Numbered from the stretch's first letter, positions 50,341-63,850 are shown. The stretch: DNA of 64,000 nucleotides from Eledone cirrhosa (GCA_964016885.1 OZ024744.1:133982001-134046000); one strand, 5' to 3'. The notes: a model not told the origin generated them from the sequence alone. Made by a program: numbers and translations.

Positions 50341-53140
50341 TGGGGTCAAGTTAAGTTGGGGTTAAGTTGGGGTTAAGTTAAGTTAGGTTTAAGTTAAGTT
50401 GGGGTTAAGTTAAGTTGGGGTTAAGTTAAGTTGGGGTTAAGTTAAGTTGGGGTTAAGTTAAGTTGGGGTTGAGTTAATTTGTGGTTAAGTTAAGTTGGGG
50501 TTAAGTTAAGTTGGGGTTAAGTTAAGTTGGGGTTAAGTTAAGTCGGGGTTAAGTTAAGTTGGGGTTAAGTTAAGTTGGGGTTAAGTTAAGTTGGGGTTAA
50601 GTTAAGTTGGGGTTAAGTTAAGTTGGGGATAAGTTAAGTTGGGGATAATTTAAGTTGGGGTTAAGTTAAGTTGGGTTTAAGTTAAGTTGGGGTTAAGTTA
50701 AGTTGGGGATAAGTTAAGTTGGGGTTAAGTTAAGTTGGGGTTAAGTTAAGTTGGGGTTAATTTAAGTTGGGGCTAAGTTAAGTTGGGGCTGAGTTAAGTT
50801 GGGGTTAAGTTAAGTTGGGGTTAAGTTAAGTTGGGGTTAATTTAAGTTGGGGTTTATTTAAGTTGGGGTTACGTTAAGTTGGTGTTAAGTTAAGTTGGGG
50901 TTAATTTAAGTTGGGGTTAATTAAGTTGGGGTTAAGTTAAGTTGGGGTTAAGTTAAGTTGGGGTTAAGTTAAGTTGGGGTTAAGTTAAGTTGGGGTTAAG
51001 TTAAGTTGGGGTTAAGTTAAGTTGAGGTTAAGTTAAGTTGGGGTTAAATTAAGTTGGGGTTAAGTTAAGTTGGGGTTAAGTTAAGTTGGGGTTAAGTTAA
51101 GTTGGGGTTAAGTTAAGTTGGGGTTAAGTTAAGTTGAGGTTAAGTTAAGTTGGGGTTAAATTAAGTTGGGGTTAAGTTAAGTTGGGGTTAAGTTAAGTTG
51201 GGGTTAAGTTAAGTTGGGGATAAGTTAAGTTGGGGATAATTTAAGTGGGGTTAAGTTAAGTTGGGGTTAAATTAAGTTGGGGTTAAGTTAAGTTGGGGTT
51301 AAGTTAAGTTGGGGTTAAGTTAAGTTGGGGATAAGTTAAGTTGGGGATAATTTAAGTTGGGTTTAAGTTAAGTTGGGGTTAAGTTAAGTTGGGGTTAAGT
51401 TAAGTTGGGGTTAATTTAAGTTGGGGCTAAGTTAAGTTGGGACTGAGTTAAGTTGGGGTTAAGTTAAGTTGGGGTTAAGTTAAGTTGGGGTTAAGTTAAG
51501 TTGGGGTTAAGTTAAGTTGGGGTTAAGTTAAGTTGGGGTTAAGATGGGGTTAAATTAAGTTGGGGTTAAGTTAAGTTGGGGTTAAGTTAAGTTGAGGTTA
51601 AGTTAAGTTGGGGTTAAATTAAGTTGGGGTTAAGTTAAGTTGGGGTTAAGTTAAGTTGGGGCTAAGTTAAGTTGGGGTTAAGTTAAGTTGGGGTTAAGTT
51701 AAGTTGGGGTTAAGTTAAGTTGAGGTTAAGTTAAGTTGGGGTTAAATTAAGTTGGGGTTAAGTTAAGTTGGGGTTAAGTTAAGTTGGGGTTAAGTTAAGT
51801 TGGGGATAAGTTAAGTTGGGGATAATTCAAGTTGGGGTTAAGTTAAGTTGGGTTTAAGTTAAGTTGGAGTTAAGTTAAGTTGGGGATAAGTTAAGTTGGG
51901 GTTAAGTTAAGTTGGGGTTAAGTTAAGTTGGGGCTAAGTTAAGTTGGGGCTGAGTTAAGTTGGGGTTAAGTTAAGTTGGGGTTAAGTTAAGTTGCGGTTA
52001 ATTTAAGTTGGGGTTTATTTAAGTTGGGGTTACGTTAAGTTGGTGTTAAGTTAAGTTGGGGTTAATTTAAGTTGGGGTTAATTAAGTTGGGGTTAAGTTA
52101 AGTTGGGGTTAAGTTAAGTTGGGGTTAAGTTAAGTTGGGGTTAAGTTAAGTTGGGGTTAAGTTAAGTTGGGGTTAAGTTAAGTTGAGGTTAAGTTAAGTT
52201 GGGGTTAAGTTAAGTTGGGGTTAAGTTAAGTTGGGGTTAAGTTAAGTTGGGGATAAGTTAAGTTGGGGATAATTTAAGTTGGGGTTAACTTAAGTTGGGG
52301 TTAAATTAAGTTGGGGTTAAGTTAAGTTGGGGTTAAGTTAAGTTGGGGTTAAGTTAAGTTGGGGATAAGTTAAGTTGGGGATAATTTAAGTTGGGTTTAA
52401 GTTAAGTTGGGGTTAAGTTAAGTTGGGGTTAAGTTAAGTTGGGGTTAATTTAAGTTGGGGCTAAGTTAAGTTGGGACTGAGTTAAGTTGGTGTTAAGTTA
52501 AGTTGGGGTTAAGTTAAGTTGGGGTTAAGTTAAGTTGGAGTTTATTTAAGTTGGGGTTAAGTTAAGTTGGGGTTCAGTTAAGTTGGGGTTAAGTTAAGTT
52601 GGGGTTAAGATGGGGTTACATTAAGTTGGGGTTAAGTTAAGTTGGGGTTAATTTAAGTTGGGGTTAATTTAAGTTGGGGTTAAGTTAAGTCGGGGTTAAG
52701 TTAAGTCGGGGTTAAGTTAAGTTAGGGTTCAGTTAAGTTGGGGTTAAGTTAAGTTGGGGTTGAGTTAGGTTGGGGTTGAGTTAAATTGGGGTTGAGTTAA
52801 GTTGGGGTTGAGTTAAGTTGGTGTTGAGTTAAGTTGGGGTTAAGTTAAGTTGGGGTTAAGTTAATTTGTGGTTAAGTTAAGTTGGGGTTAAGTTAAGTTG
52901 GGGTCAAGTTAAGTTGGGGTTAAGTTGGGGTTAAGTTAAGTTAGGTTTAAGTTAAGTTGGGGTTAAGTTAAGTTGGGGTTAAGTTAAGTTGGGGTTAAGT
53001 TAAGTTGGGGTTAAGTTAAGTTGGGGTTGAGTTAATTTGTGGTTAAGTTAAGTTGGGGTTAAGTTAAGTTGGGGTTAAGTTAAGTTGGGGTTAAGTTAAG
53101 TCGGGGTTAAGTTAAGTTGGGGTTAAGTTAAGTTGGGGTT
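48070..53140 (+). repeat. Tandem duplication, period ~2,510-2,558 bp (about 48070-50580 vs 50580-53140)
   Basis: GGGGATAAG 48119/50629 (2,510), T-deleted TTAAGTGGGG 48721/51247 (2,526), TTGCGG 49437/51995 and TTACATT 50061/52619 (2,558). The offset changes in whole 16-bp steps. Confidence 0.83.
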
Positions 53141-56100
53141 AATTTAAGTTGGGGTTAAGTTAAGTTGGGGCTAAGTTAAGTTGGGACTGAGTTAAGTTGG
53201 GGTTAAGTTAAGTTGGGGTTAAGTTAAGTTGGGGTTAAGTTAAGTTGGAGTTTATTTAAGTTGGGGTTAAGTTAAGTTGGGGTTAAGTTAAGTCGGGGTT
53301 AAGTTAAATTGGGGTTGAGTTAAGTTGGGGTTGAGTTAAGTTGGTGTTGAGTTAAGTTGGGGTTAAGTTAAGTTGGGGTTAAGTTAATTTGTGGTTAAGT
53401 TAAGTTGGGGTTAAGTTAAGTTGGGGTTAAGTTAAGTTGGGGTTAAGTTAAGTCGGGGTTAAGTTAAGTTGGGGTTGAGTTAAGTTGGGGTTGAGTTAAG
53501 TTGGGGTTAAGTTAAGTTGGGGTTAAGTTAAGTCGGGGTTAAGTTAAGTTGGGGTTGAGTTAAATTGGGGTTGAGTTAAGTTGGGGTTGAGTTAAGTTGG
53601 TGTTGAGTTAAGTTGGGGTTAAGTTAAGTTGGGGTTAAGTTAATTTGTGGTTAAGTTAAGTTGGGGTTAAGTTAAGTTGGGGTTAAGTTAAGTTGGGGTT
53701 AAGTTAAGTCGGGGTTAAGTTAAGTTGGGGTTGAGTTAAGTTGGGGTTAATTTAAGTTGGGGTTAAGTTAAGTTGGGGTTAAGTTTAGTTGGGGTTAAGT
53801 TAAGTTGGGGTTAAGTTAAGTTGGGGTTAAGTTAAGTTGAGGTTAAGTTAAGTTGGGGTTAAATTAAGTTGGGGTTAAGTTAAGTTGGGGTTAAGTTAAG
53901 TTGGGGTTAAGTTAAGTTGGGGATAATTTAAGTTGGGGATAATTTAAGTTGGGGTTAAGTTAAGTTGGGTTTAAGTTAAGTTGGGGTTAAGTTAAGTTGG
54001 GGATAAGTTAAGTTGGGGTTAAGTTAAGTTGGGGTTAAGTTAAGTTGGGGTTAAGTTAAGTTGGGGCTAAGTTAAGTTGGGGCTGAGTTAAGTTGGGGTT
54101 AAGTTAAGTTGGGGTTAAGTTAAGTTGGGGTTAATTTAAGTTGGGGTTGAGTTAAGTTGGGGTTAAGTTAAGTTGGGGTTATATTAAGTTGGGGTTAAGT
54201 TAAGTTGGGGTTCAGTTAAGTTGGGTATAAGTTAAGTTGGGGTTAAGTTAAGTTGGGGTTAAGTTAAGTTGGGGTTAAGTTAAGTTGGTGTTAAGTTAAG
54301 TTGGGGCTAAGTTAAGTTGGGGCTGAGTTAAGTTGGGGCTGAGTTAAGTTGGGGTTAAGTTAAGTTGGGGTCAAGTTAAGTTGGGGTTAAGTTGGGGTTA
54401 AGTTAAGTTAGGTTTAAGTTAAGATGGGGTTAAGTTAAGTTGGGGTTAAGTTAAGTTGGGGTTAAGTTAAGTCGGGGTTAAGTTAAGTTGGGGTTAAGTT
54501 AAGTTGGGGTTAATTTAAGTTGGGGTTAAGTTAAGTTGGGGTCAAGTTAAGTTGGGGTTAAGTTGGGGTTAAGTTAATTTGTGGTTAAGTTAAGTTGGGG
54601 TTAAGTTGGGGTTAAGTTAAGTTAGGTTTAAGTTAAGTTGGGGTTAAGTTAAGTTGGGGTTAAGTTAATTTGTGGTTAAGTTAAGTTGGGGTTAAGTTGG
54701 GGTTAAGTTAAGTTAGGTTTAAGTTAAGTTGGGGTCAAGTTAAGTTGGGGTTAAGTTGGGGTTAAGTTAAGTTAGGTTTAAGTTAAGTTGGGGTTAAGTT
54801 AAGTTGGGGTTAAGTTAAGTTGGGGTTAAGTTAAGTTGGGGTTAAGTTAATTTGTGGTTAAGTTAAGTTGAGGTTAAGTTAAGTTGGGGTTAAGTTAAGT
54901 TGGGGTTAAGTTAAGTCGGGGTTAAGTTAAGTTGGGGTTAAGTTAAGTTGGGGTTAATTTAAGTTGGGGTTAAGTTAAGTTGGGGTTAAGTTAAGTTGGG
55001 GTTAAATTAAGTTGGGGTTAAGTTAAGTTGGGGTTAAGTCAAGTTGGGGTTAAGTTAAGTTGGGGATAAGTTAAGTTGGGGATAATTTAAGTTGGGGTTA
55101 AGTTAAGTTGGGTTTAAGTTAAGTTGGGGTTAAGTTAAGTTGGGGTTAAGTTAAGTTGGGGTTAAGTTAAGTTGGGGTTAAGTTAAGTTGGGGTTAAGTT
55201 AAGTTGGGGCTAAGTTAAGTTGGGGCTGAGTTAAGTTGGGGTTAAGTTAAGTTGGGCTTAATTTAAGTCGGGGTTAAGTTAAGTTAGGGTTCAGTTAAGT
55301 TGGGGTTAAGTTAAGTTGGGGTTAAGTTAAGTTGGGGTTAAGTTAAGTCGGGGTTAAGTTAAGTTGGGGTTAAGTTAAGTTGGGGTTAAGTTAAGTCGGG
55401 GTTAAGTTAAGTTGGGGTTAAGTTAAGTTGGGGTTAATTTAAGTTGGGGTTAAGTTAAGTTGGGGTTAAGTTAAGTTGGGGTTAAGTTAAGATGGGGTTA
55501 ATTTAAGTTGGGGTTAAGTTAAGTTGAGGTTAAGTTAAGTTGGGGTTAAATTAAGTTGGGGTTAAGTTAAGTTGGGGTTAAGTCAAGTTGGGGTTAAGTT
55601 AAGTTGGGGATAAGTTAAGTTGGGGTTAAGTTAAGTTGGGGTTAAGTTAAGTTGGGGTTAATTTAAGTTGGGGCTAAGTTAAGTTGGGACTGAGTTAAGT
55701 TGGAGTTTATTTAAGTTGGGGTTAAGTTAAGTTGGGGTTAAGTTAAGTTGGGGTTAAGTTAAGTTGGAGTTTATTTAAGTTGGGGTTAAGTTAAGTTGGG
55801 GTTAAGTTAAGTTGGGGTTGAGTTAGGTTGGGGTTGAGTTAAATTGGGGTTGAGTTAAGTTGGGGTTGAGTTAAGTTGGTGTTGAGTTAAGTTGGGGTTA
55901 AGTTAAGTTGGGGTTAAGTTAATTTGTGGTTAAGTTAAGTTGGGGTTAAGTTAAGTTGGGGTTAAGTTAAGTTGGGGTTAAGTTAAGTCGGGGTTAAGTT
56001 AAGTTGGGGTTGAGTTAAGTTGGGGTTAATTTAAGTTGGGGTTAAGTTAAGTTGGGGTTAAGTTAAGTTGGGGTTAAGTTAAGTTGGGGTTAAGTTAAGT

Positions 56101-58599
56101 TGGGGTTAAGTTAAGTTGAGGTTAAGTTAAGTTGGGGTTAAATTAAGTTGGGGTTAAGTTAAGTTGGGGTTAAGTTAAGTTGGGGTTAAGTTAAGTTGGG
56201 GATAAGTTAAGTTGGGGATAATTTAAGTTGGGGTTAAGTTAAGTTGGGTTTAAGTTAAGTTGGGGTTAAGTTAAGTTGGGGATAAGTTAAGTTGGGGTTA
56301 AGTTAAGTTGGGGTTAAGTTAAGTTGGGGTTAATTTAAGTTGGGGCTAAGTTAAGTTGGGGCTGAGTTAAGTTGGGGTTAAGTTAAGTTGGGGTTAAGTT
56401 AAGTTGGGGTTAATTTAAGTTGGGGTTTATTTAAGTTGGGGTTACGTTAAGTTGGTGTTAAGTTAAGTTGGGGTTAATTTAAGTTGGGGTTAATTAAGTT
56501 GGGGTTAAGTTAAGTTGGGGTTAAGTTAAGTTGGGGTTAAGTTAAGTTGGGGTTAAGTTAAGTTGGGGTTAAGTTAAGTTGGGGTTAAGTTAAGTTGAGG
56601 TTAAGTTAAGTTGGGGTTAAATTAAGTTGGGGTTAAGTTAAGTTGGGGTTAAGTTAAGTTGGGGTTAAGTTAAGTTGGGGTTAAGTTAAGTTGGGGTTAA
56701 GTTAAGTTGAGGTTAAGTTAAGTTGGGGTTAAATTAAGTTGGGGTTAAGTTAAGTTGGGGTTAAGTTAAGTTGGGGTTAAGTTAAGTTGGGGATAAGTTA
56801 AGTTGGGGATAATTTAAGTGGGGTTAAGTTAAGTTGGGGTTAAATTAAGTTGGGGTTAAGTTAAGTTGGGGTTAAGTTAAGTTGGGGTTAAGTTAAGTTG
56901 GGGATAAGTTAAGTTGGGGATAATTTAAGTTGGGTTTAAGTTAAGTTGGGGTTAAGTTAAGTTGGGGTTAAGTTAAGTTGGGGTTAATTTAAGTTGGGGC
57001 TAAGTTAAGTTGGGACTGAGTTAAGTTGGGGTTAAGTTAAGTTGGGGTTAAGTTAAGTTGGGGTTAAGTTAAGTTGGAGTTTATTTAAGTTGGGGTTAAG
57101 TTAAGTTGGGGTTCAGTTAAGTTGGGGTTAAGTTAAGTTGGGGTTAAGATGGGGTTAAATTAAGTTGGGGTTAAGTTAAGTTGGGGTTAATTTAAGTTGG
57201 GGTTAAGTTAAGTTGGGGTTAAGTTAAGTCGGGGTTAAGTTAAGTCGGGGTTAAGTTAAGTTAGGGTTCAGTTAAGTTGGGGTTAAGTTAAGTTGGGGTT
57301 GAGTTAGGTTGGGGTTGAGTTAAATTGGGGTTGAGTTAAGTTGGGGTTGAGTTAAGTTGGTGTTGAGTTAAGTTGGGGTTAAGTTAAGTTGGGGTTAAGT
57401 TAATTTGTGGTTAAGTTAAGTTGGGGTTAAGTTAAGTTGGGGTTAAGTTAAGTTGGGGTTAAGTTAAGTCGGGGTTAAGTTAAGTTGGGGTTGAGTTAAG
57501 TTGGGGTTAATTTAAGTTGGGGTTAAGTTAAGTTGGGGTTAAGTTAAGTTGGGGTTAAGTTAAGTTGTGGTTAAGTTAAGTTGGGGTTAAGTTAAGTTGA
57601 GGTTAAGTTAAGTTGGGGTTAAATTAAGTTGGGGTTAAGTTAAGTTGGGGTTAAGTTAAGTTGGGGTTAAGTTAAGTTGGGGATAAGTTAAGTTGGGGAT
57701 AATTTAAGTTGGGGTTAAGTTAAGTTGGGTTTAAGTTAAGTTGGGGTTAAGTTAAGTTGGGGATAAGTTAAGTTGGGGTTAAGTTAAGTTGGGGTTAAGT
57801 TAAGTTGGGGTTAAGTTAAGTTGGGGCTAAGTTAAGTTGGGGCTGAGTTAAGTTGGGGTTAAGTTAAGTTGGGGTTAAGTTAAGTTGGGGTTAATTTAAG
57901 TTGGGGTTTATTTAAGTTGGGGTTACGTTAAGTTGGTGTTAAGTTAAGTTGGGGTTAATTTAAGTTGGGGTTAATTAAGTTGGGGTTAAGTTAAGTTGGG
58001 GTTAAGTTAAGTTGGGGTTAAGTTAAGTTGGGGTTAAGTTAAGTTAGGGTTAAGTTAAGTTGGGGTTAAGTTAAGTTGGGGTTAAGTTAAGTTGAGGTTA
58101 AGTTAAGTGGGGGTTAAATTAAGTTGGGGTTAAGTTAAGTTGGGGTTAAGTTAAGTTGGGGTTAAGTTAAGTTGGGGTTAAGTTAAGTTGGGGTTAAGTT
58201 AAGTTGAGGTTAAGTTAAGTTGGGGTTAAATTAAGTTGGGGTTAAGTTAAGTTGGGGTTAAGTTAAGTTGGGGTTAAGTTAAGTTGGGGATAAGTTAAGT
58301 TGGGGATAATTTAAGTTGGGGTTAAGTTAAGTTGGGGTTAAATTAAGTTGGGGTTAAGTTAAGTTGGGGTTAAGTTAAGTTGGGGTTAAGTTAAGTTGGG
58401 GATGAGTTAAGTTGGGGATAATTTAAGTTGGGGTTAAGTTAAGTTGGGTTTAAGTTAAGTTGGGGTTAAGTTAAGTTGGGGATAAGTTAAGTTGGGGTTA
58501 AGTTAAGTTGGGGTTAAGTTAAGTTGGGGTTAAGTTAAGTTGGGGCTAAGTTAAGTTGGGGCTGAGTTAAGTTGGGGTTAAGTTAAGTTGGGGTTAAGT

Positions 58600-61500
58600 T
58601 AAGTTGGGGTTAATTTAAGTTGGGGTTTATTTAAGTTGGGGTTACGTTAAGTTGGTGTTAAGTTAAGTTGGGGTTAATTTAAGTTGGGGTTAATTAAGTT
58701 GGGGTTAAGTTAAGTTGGGGTTAAGTTAAGTTGGGGTTAATTTAAGTTGGGGTTGAGTTAAGTTGGGGTTAAGTTAAGTTGGGGTTATATTAAGTTGGGG
58801 TTAAGTTAAGTTGGGGTTCAGTTAAGTTGGGTATAAGTTAAGTTGGGGTTAAGTTAAGTTGGGGTTAAGTTAAGTTGGGGTTAAGTTAAGTTGGTGTTAA
58901 GTTAAGTTGGGGCTAAGTTAAATTGGGGCTGAGTTAAGTTGGGGCTGAGTTAAGTTGGGGTTAAGTTAAGTTGGGGTCAAGTTAAGTTGGGGTTAAGTTG
59001 GGGTTAAGTTAAGTTAGGTTTAAGTTAAGATGGGGTTAAGTTAAGTTGGGGTTAAGTTAAGTTGGGGTTAAGTTAAGTCGGGGTTAAGTTAAGTTGGGGT
59101 TAAGTTAAGTTGGGGTTAATTTAAGTTGGGGTTAAGTTAAGTTGGGGTCAAGTTAAGTTGGGGTTAAGTTGGGGTTAAGTTAATTTGTGGTTAAGTTAAG
59201 TTGGGGTTAAGTTAAGTTGGGGTTAAGTTAAGTTGGGGTTAAGTTAAGTCGGGGTTAAGTTAAGTTGGGGTTAAGTTAAGTTGGGGTTAATTTAAGTTGG
59301 GGTTAAGTTAAGTTGGGGTCAAGTTAAGTTGGGGTTAAGTTGGGGTTAAGTTAAGTTAGGTTTAAGTTAAGTTGGGGTTAAGTTAAGTTGGGGTTAAGTT
59401 AAGTTGGGGTTAAGTTAAGTTGGGGTTAAGTTAATTTGTGGTTAAGTTAAGTTGGGGTTAAGTTAAGTTGGGGTTAAGTTAAGTTGGGGTTAAGTTAAGT
59501 CGGGGTTAAGTTAAGTTGGGGTTAAGTTAAGTTGGGGTTAATTTAAGTTGGGGTTAAGTTAAGTTGGGGTTAAGTTAAGTTGGGGTTAAATTAAGTTGGG
59601 GTTAAGTTAAGTTGGGGTTAAGTCAAGTTGGGGTTAAGTTAAGTTGGGGATAAGTTAAGTTGGGGATAATTTAAGTTGGGGTTAAGTTAAGTTGGGTTTA
59701 AGTTAAGTTGGGGTTAAGTTAAGTTGGGGTTAAGTTAAGTTGGGGTTAAGTTAAGTTGGGGTTAAGTTAAGTTGGGGCTAAGTTAAGTTGGGCTTAATTT
59801 AAGTCGGGGTTAAGTTAAGTTAGGGTTCAGTTAAGTTGGGGTTAAGTTAAGGTGGGGTTAAGTTAAGTTGGGGTTAAGTTAAGTCGGGGTTAAGTTAAGT
59901 TGGGGTTAAGTTAAGTTGGGGTTAAGTTAAGTCGGGGTTAAGTTAAGTTGGGGTTAAGTTAAGTTGGGGTTAATTTAAGTTGGGGTTAAGTTAAGTTGGG
60001 GTTAAGTTAAGTTGGGGTTAAGTTAAGATGGGGTTAATTTAAGTTGGGGTTAAGTTAAGTTGAGGTTAAGTTAAGTTGGGGTTAAATTAAGTTGGGGTTA
60101 AGTTAAGTTGGGGTTAAGTCAAGTTGGGGTTAAGTTAAGTTGGGGATAAGTTAAGTTAGGGATAATTTAAGTTGGGTTTAAGTTAAGTTGGGGTTAAGTT
60201 AAGTTGGGGTTAAGTTAAGTTGGGGTTAAGTTAAGTTGGGGTTAATTTAAGTTGGGGCTAAGTTAAGTTGGGACTGAGTTAAGTTGGGGTTAAGTTAAGT
60301 TGGGGTTAAGTTAAGTTGGGGTTAAGTTAAGTTGGAGTTTATTTAAGTTGGGGTTAAGTTAAGTTGGGGTTCAGTTAAGTTGGGGTTAAGTTAAGTTGGG
60401 GTTAAGATGGGGTTAAATTAATTTGGGGTTAAGTTAAGTTGGGGTTAATTTAAGTTGGGGTTAAGTTAAGTTGGGGTTAAGTTAAGTCGGGGTTAAGTTA
60501 AGTCGGGGTTAAGTTAAGTTAGGGTTCAGTTAAGTTGGGGTTAAGTTAAGTTGGGGTTGAGTTAAGTTGGGGTTGAGTTAAATTGGGGTTGAGTTAAGTT
60601 GGGGTTGAGTTAAGTTGGTGTTGAGTTAAGTTGGGTTAAGTTAAGTTGGGGTTAAGTTAATTTGTGGTTAAGTTAAGTTGGGGTTAAGTTAAGTTGGGGA
60701 TAAGTTAAGTTGGGGTTAAGTTAATATGGGGTTAAGTTAAGTTGGGGTTAAGTTAAGTTGGGGCTAAGTTAAGTTGGGGCTGAGTTAAGTTGGGGTTAAG
60801 TTAAGTTGGGGTTAAGTTAAGTTGGGGTTAATTTAAGTTGGGGTTTATTTAAGTTGGGGTTACGTTAAGTTGGTGTTAAGTTAAGTTGGGGTTAATTTAA
60901 GTTGGGGTTAATTAAGTTGGGGTTAAGTTAAGTTGGGGTTAAGTTAAGTTGGGGTTAATTTAAGTTGGGGTTGAGTTAAGTTGGGGTTAAGTTAAGTTGG
61001 GGTTATATTAAGTTGGGGTTAAGTTAAGTTGGTGTTAAGTTAAGTTGGGGCTAAGTTAAATTGGGGCTGAGTTAAGTTGGGGCTGAGTTAAGTTGGGGTT
61101 AAGTTAAGTTGGGGCCAAGTTAAGTTGGGGTTAAGTTGGGGTTAAGTTAAGTTAGGTTTAAGTTAAGATGGGGTTAAGTTAAGTTGGGGTTAAGTTAAGT
61201 TGGGGTTAAGTTAAGTCGGGGTTAAGTTAAGTTGGGGTTAAGTTAAGTTGGGGTTAATTTAAGTTGGGGTTAAGTTAAGTTGGGGTCAAGTTAAGTTGGG
61301 GTTAAGTTGGGGTTAAGTTAATTTGTGGTTAAGTTAAGTTGGGGTTAAGTTAAGTTGGGGTTAAGTTAAGTTGGGGTTAAGTTAAGTCGGGGTTAAGTTA
61401 AGTTGGGGTTAAGTTAAGTTGGGGTTAATTTAAGTTGGGGTTAAGTTAAGTCGGGGTCAAGTTAAGTTGGGGTTAAGTTGGGGTTAAGTTAAGTTAGGTT

Positions 61501-63850
61501 TAAGTTAAGTTGGGGTTAAGTTAAGTTGGGGTTAAGTTAAGTTGGGGTTAAGTTAAGTTGGGGTTAAGTTAATTTGTGGTTAAGTTAAGTTGGGGTTAAG
61601 TTAAGTTGGGGTTAAGTTAAGTTGGGGTTAAGTTAAGTCGGGGTTAAGTTAAGTTGGGGTTAAGTTAAGTTGGGGTTAATTTAAGTTGGGGTTAAGTTAA
61701 GTTGGGGTTAAGTTAAGTTGGGGTTAAGTTAAGTTGGGGTTAAGTTAAGTTGGGGTTCAGTTAAGTCGGGGTTAAGTTAAGTTGGGGTTAAGTTAAGTTG
61801 GGGTTAAGTTAAGTCAGGGTTAAGTTAAGTTGGGGTTAAGTTAAGTTGGGGATAATTTAAGTTGGGGTTAAGTTAAGTTGGGTTTAAGTTAAGTTGGGGT
61901 TAAGTTAAGTTGGGGTTAAGTTAAGTTGGGGTTAAGGTAAGTTGGGGTTAAGTTAAGTTGGGGTTAAGTTAAGTTGGGGTTAAGTTAAGTTGGGGTTAAG
62001 TTAAGTCGGGGTTAAGTTAAGTTGGGGTTAAGTTAAGTTGGGGTTAAGTTAAGTCGGGGTTAAGTTAAGTTGGGGTTAAGTTAAGTTGGGGTTAATTTAA
62101 GTTGGGGTTAAGTTAAGTTGGTGTTAAGTTAAGTTGGGGTTAAGTTAAGATGGGGTTAATTTAAGTTGGGGTTAAGTTAAGTTGAGGTTAAGTTAAGTTG
62201 GGGTTAAGTTAAGTTGGGGTTAAGTTAAGTTGGGGTTAAGTCAAGTTGGGGTTAAGTTAAGTTGGGGATAAGTTAAGTTGGGGATAATTTAAGTTGGGTT
62301 TAAGTTAAGTTGGGGTTAAGTTAAGTTGGGGTTAATTTAAGTTGGGGTTTATTTAAGTTGGGGTTACGTTAAGTTGGTGTTAAGTTAAGTTGGGGTTAAT
62401 TTAAGTTGGGGTTAATTAAGTTGGGGTTAAGTTAAGTTGGGGTTAAGTTAAGTTGGGGTTAATTTAAGTTGGGGTTGAGTTAAGTTGGGGTTAAGTTAAG
62501 TTGGGGTTATATTAAGTTGGGGTTAAGTTAAGTTGGGGTTCAGTTAAGTTGGGTATAAGTTAAGTTGGGGTTAAGTTAAGTTGGGGTTAAGTTAAGTTGG
62601 GGTTAAGTTAAGTTGGTGTTAAGTTAAGTTGGGGCTAAGTTAAATTGGGGCTGAGTTAAGTTGGGGCTGAGTTAAGTTGGGGTTAAGTTAAGTTGGGGTC
62701 AAGTTAAGTTGGGGTTAATTTGGGGTTAAGTTAATTTGTGGTTAAGTTAAGTTGGGGTTAAGTTAAGTTGGGGTTAAGTTAAGTTGGGGTTAAGTTAAGT
62801 CGGGGTTAAGTTAAGTTGGGGTTAAGTTAAGTTGGGGTTAATTTAAGTTGGGGTTAAGTTAAGTTGGGGTCAAGTTAAGTTGGGGTTAAGTTGGGGTTAA
62901 GTTAAGTTAGGTTTAAGTTAAGTTGGGGTTAAGTTAAGTTGGGGTTAAGTTAAGTTGGGGTTAAGTTAAGTTGGGGTTAAGTTAATTTGTGGTTAAGTTA
63001 AGTTGGGGTTAAGTTAAGTTGGGGTTAAGTTAAGTTGGGGTTAAGTTAAGTCGGGGTTAAGTTAAGTTGGGGTTAAGTTAAGTTGGGGTTAATTTAAGTT
63101 GGGGTTAAGTTAAGTTGGGGTTAAGTTAAGTTGGGGTTAAATTAAGTTGGGGTTAAGTTAAGTTGGGGTTAAGTCAAGTTGGGGTTAAGTTAAGTTGGGG
63201 ATAAGTTAAGTTGGGGATAATTTAAGTTGGGGTTAAGTTAAGTTGGGTTTAAGTTAAGTTGGGGTTAAGTTAAGTTGGGGTTAAGTTAAGTTGGGGTTAA
63301 GTTAAGTTGGGGTTAAGTTAAGTTAGGGGTTAAGTTAAGTTGGGGCTAAGTTAAGTTGGGGCTGAGTTAAGTTGGGGTTAAGTTAAGTTGGGCTTAATTT
63401 AAGTCGGGGTCAAGTTAAGTTAGGGTTCAGTTAAGTTGGGGTTAAGTTAAGTTGGGGTTAAGTTAAGTTGGGGTTAAGTTAAGTCGGGGTTAAGTTAAGT
63501 TGGGGTTAAGTTAAGTTGGGGTTAAGTTAAGTCGGGGTTAAGTTAAGTTGGGGTTAAGTTAAGTTGGGGTTAATTTAAGTTGGGGTTAAGTTAAGTTGGG
63601 GTTAAGTTAAGTTGGGGTTAAGTTAAGATGGGGTTAATTTAAGTTGGGGTTAAGTTAAGTTGAGGTTAAGTTAAGTTGGGGTTAAATTAAGTTGGGGTTA
63701 AGTTAAGTTGGGGTTAAGTCAAGTTGGGGTTAAGTTAAGTTGGGGATAAGTTAAGTTGGGGATAATTTAAGTTGGGTTTAAGTTAAGTTGGGGTTAAGTT
63801 AAGTTGGGGTTAAGTTAAGTTGGGGTTAAGTTAAGTTGGGGTTAATTTAA
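58600..63850 (+). repeat. Related ~1.5-kb blocks near the right end (about 58.6-60.3 kb, 60.8-61.7 kb, 62.3-63.85 kb)
   Basis: The variant CTAAGTTAAATTGGGGCTGAG, seen only in this region, occurs at ~58913, ~61051 and ~62635 with a similar surrounding order of variants (TTACG-GGTG, TTATATTAAG, GTCAAG or GCCAAG). Confidence 0.75.
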
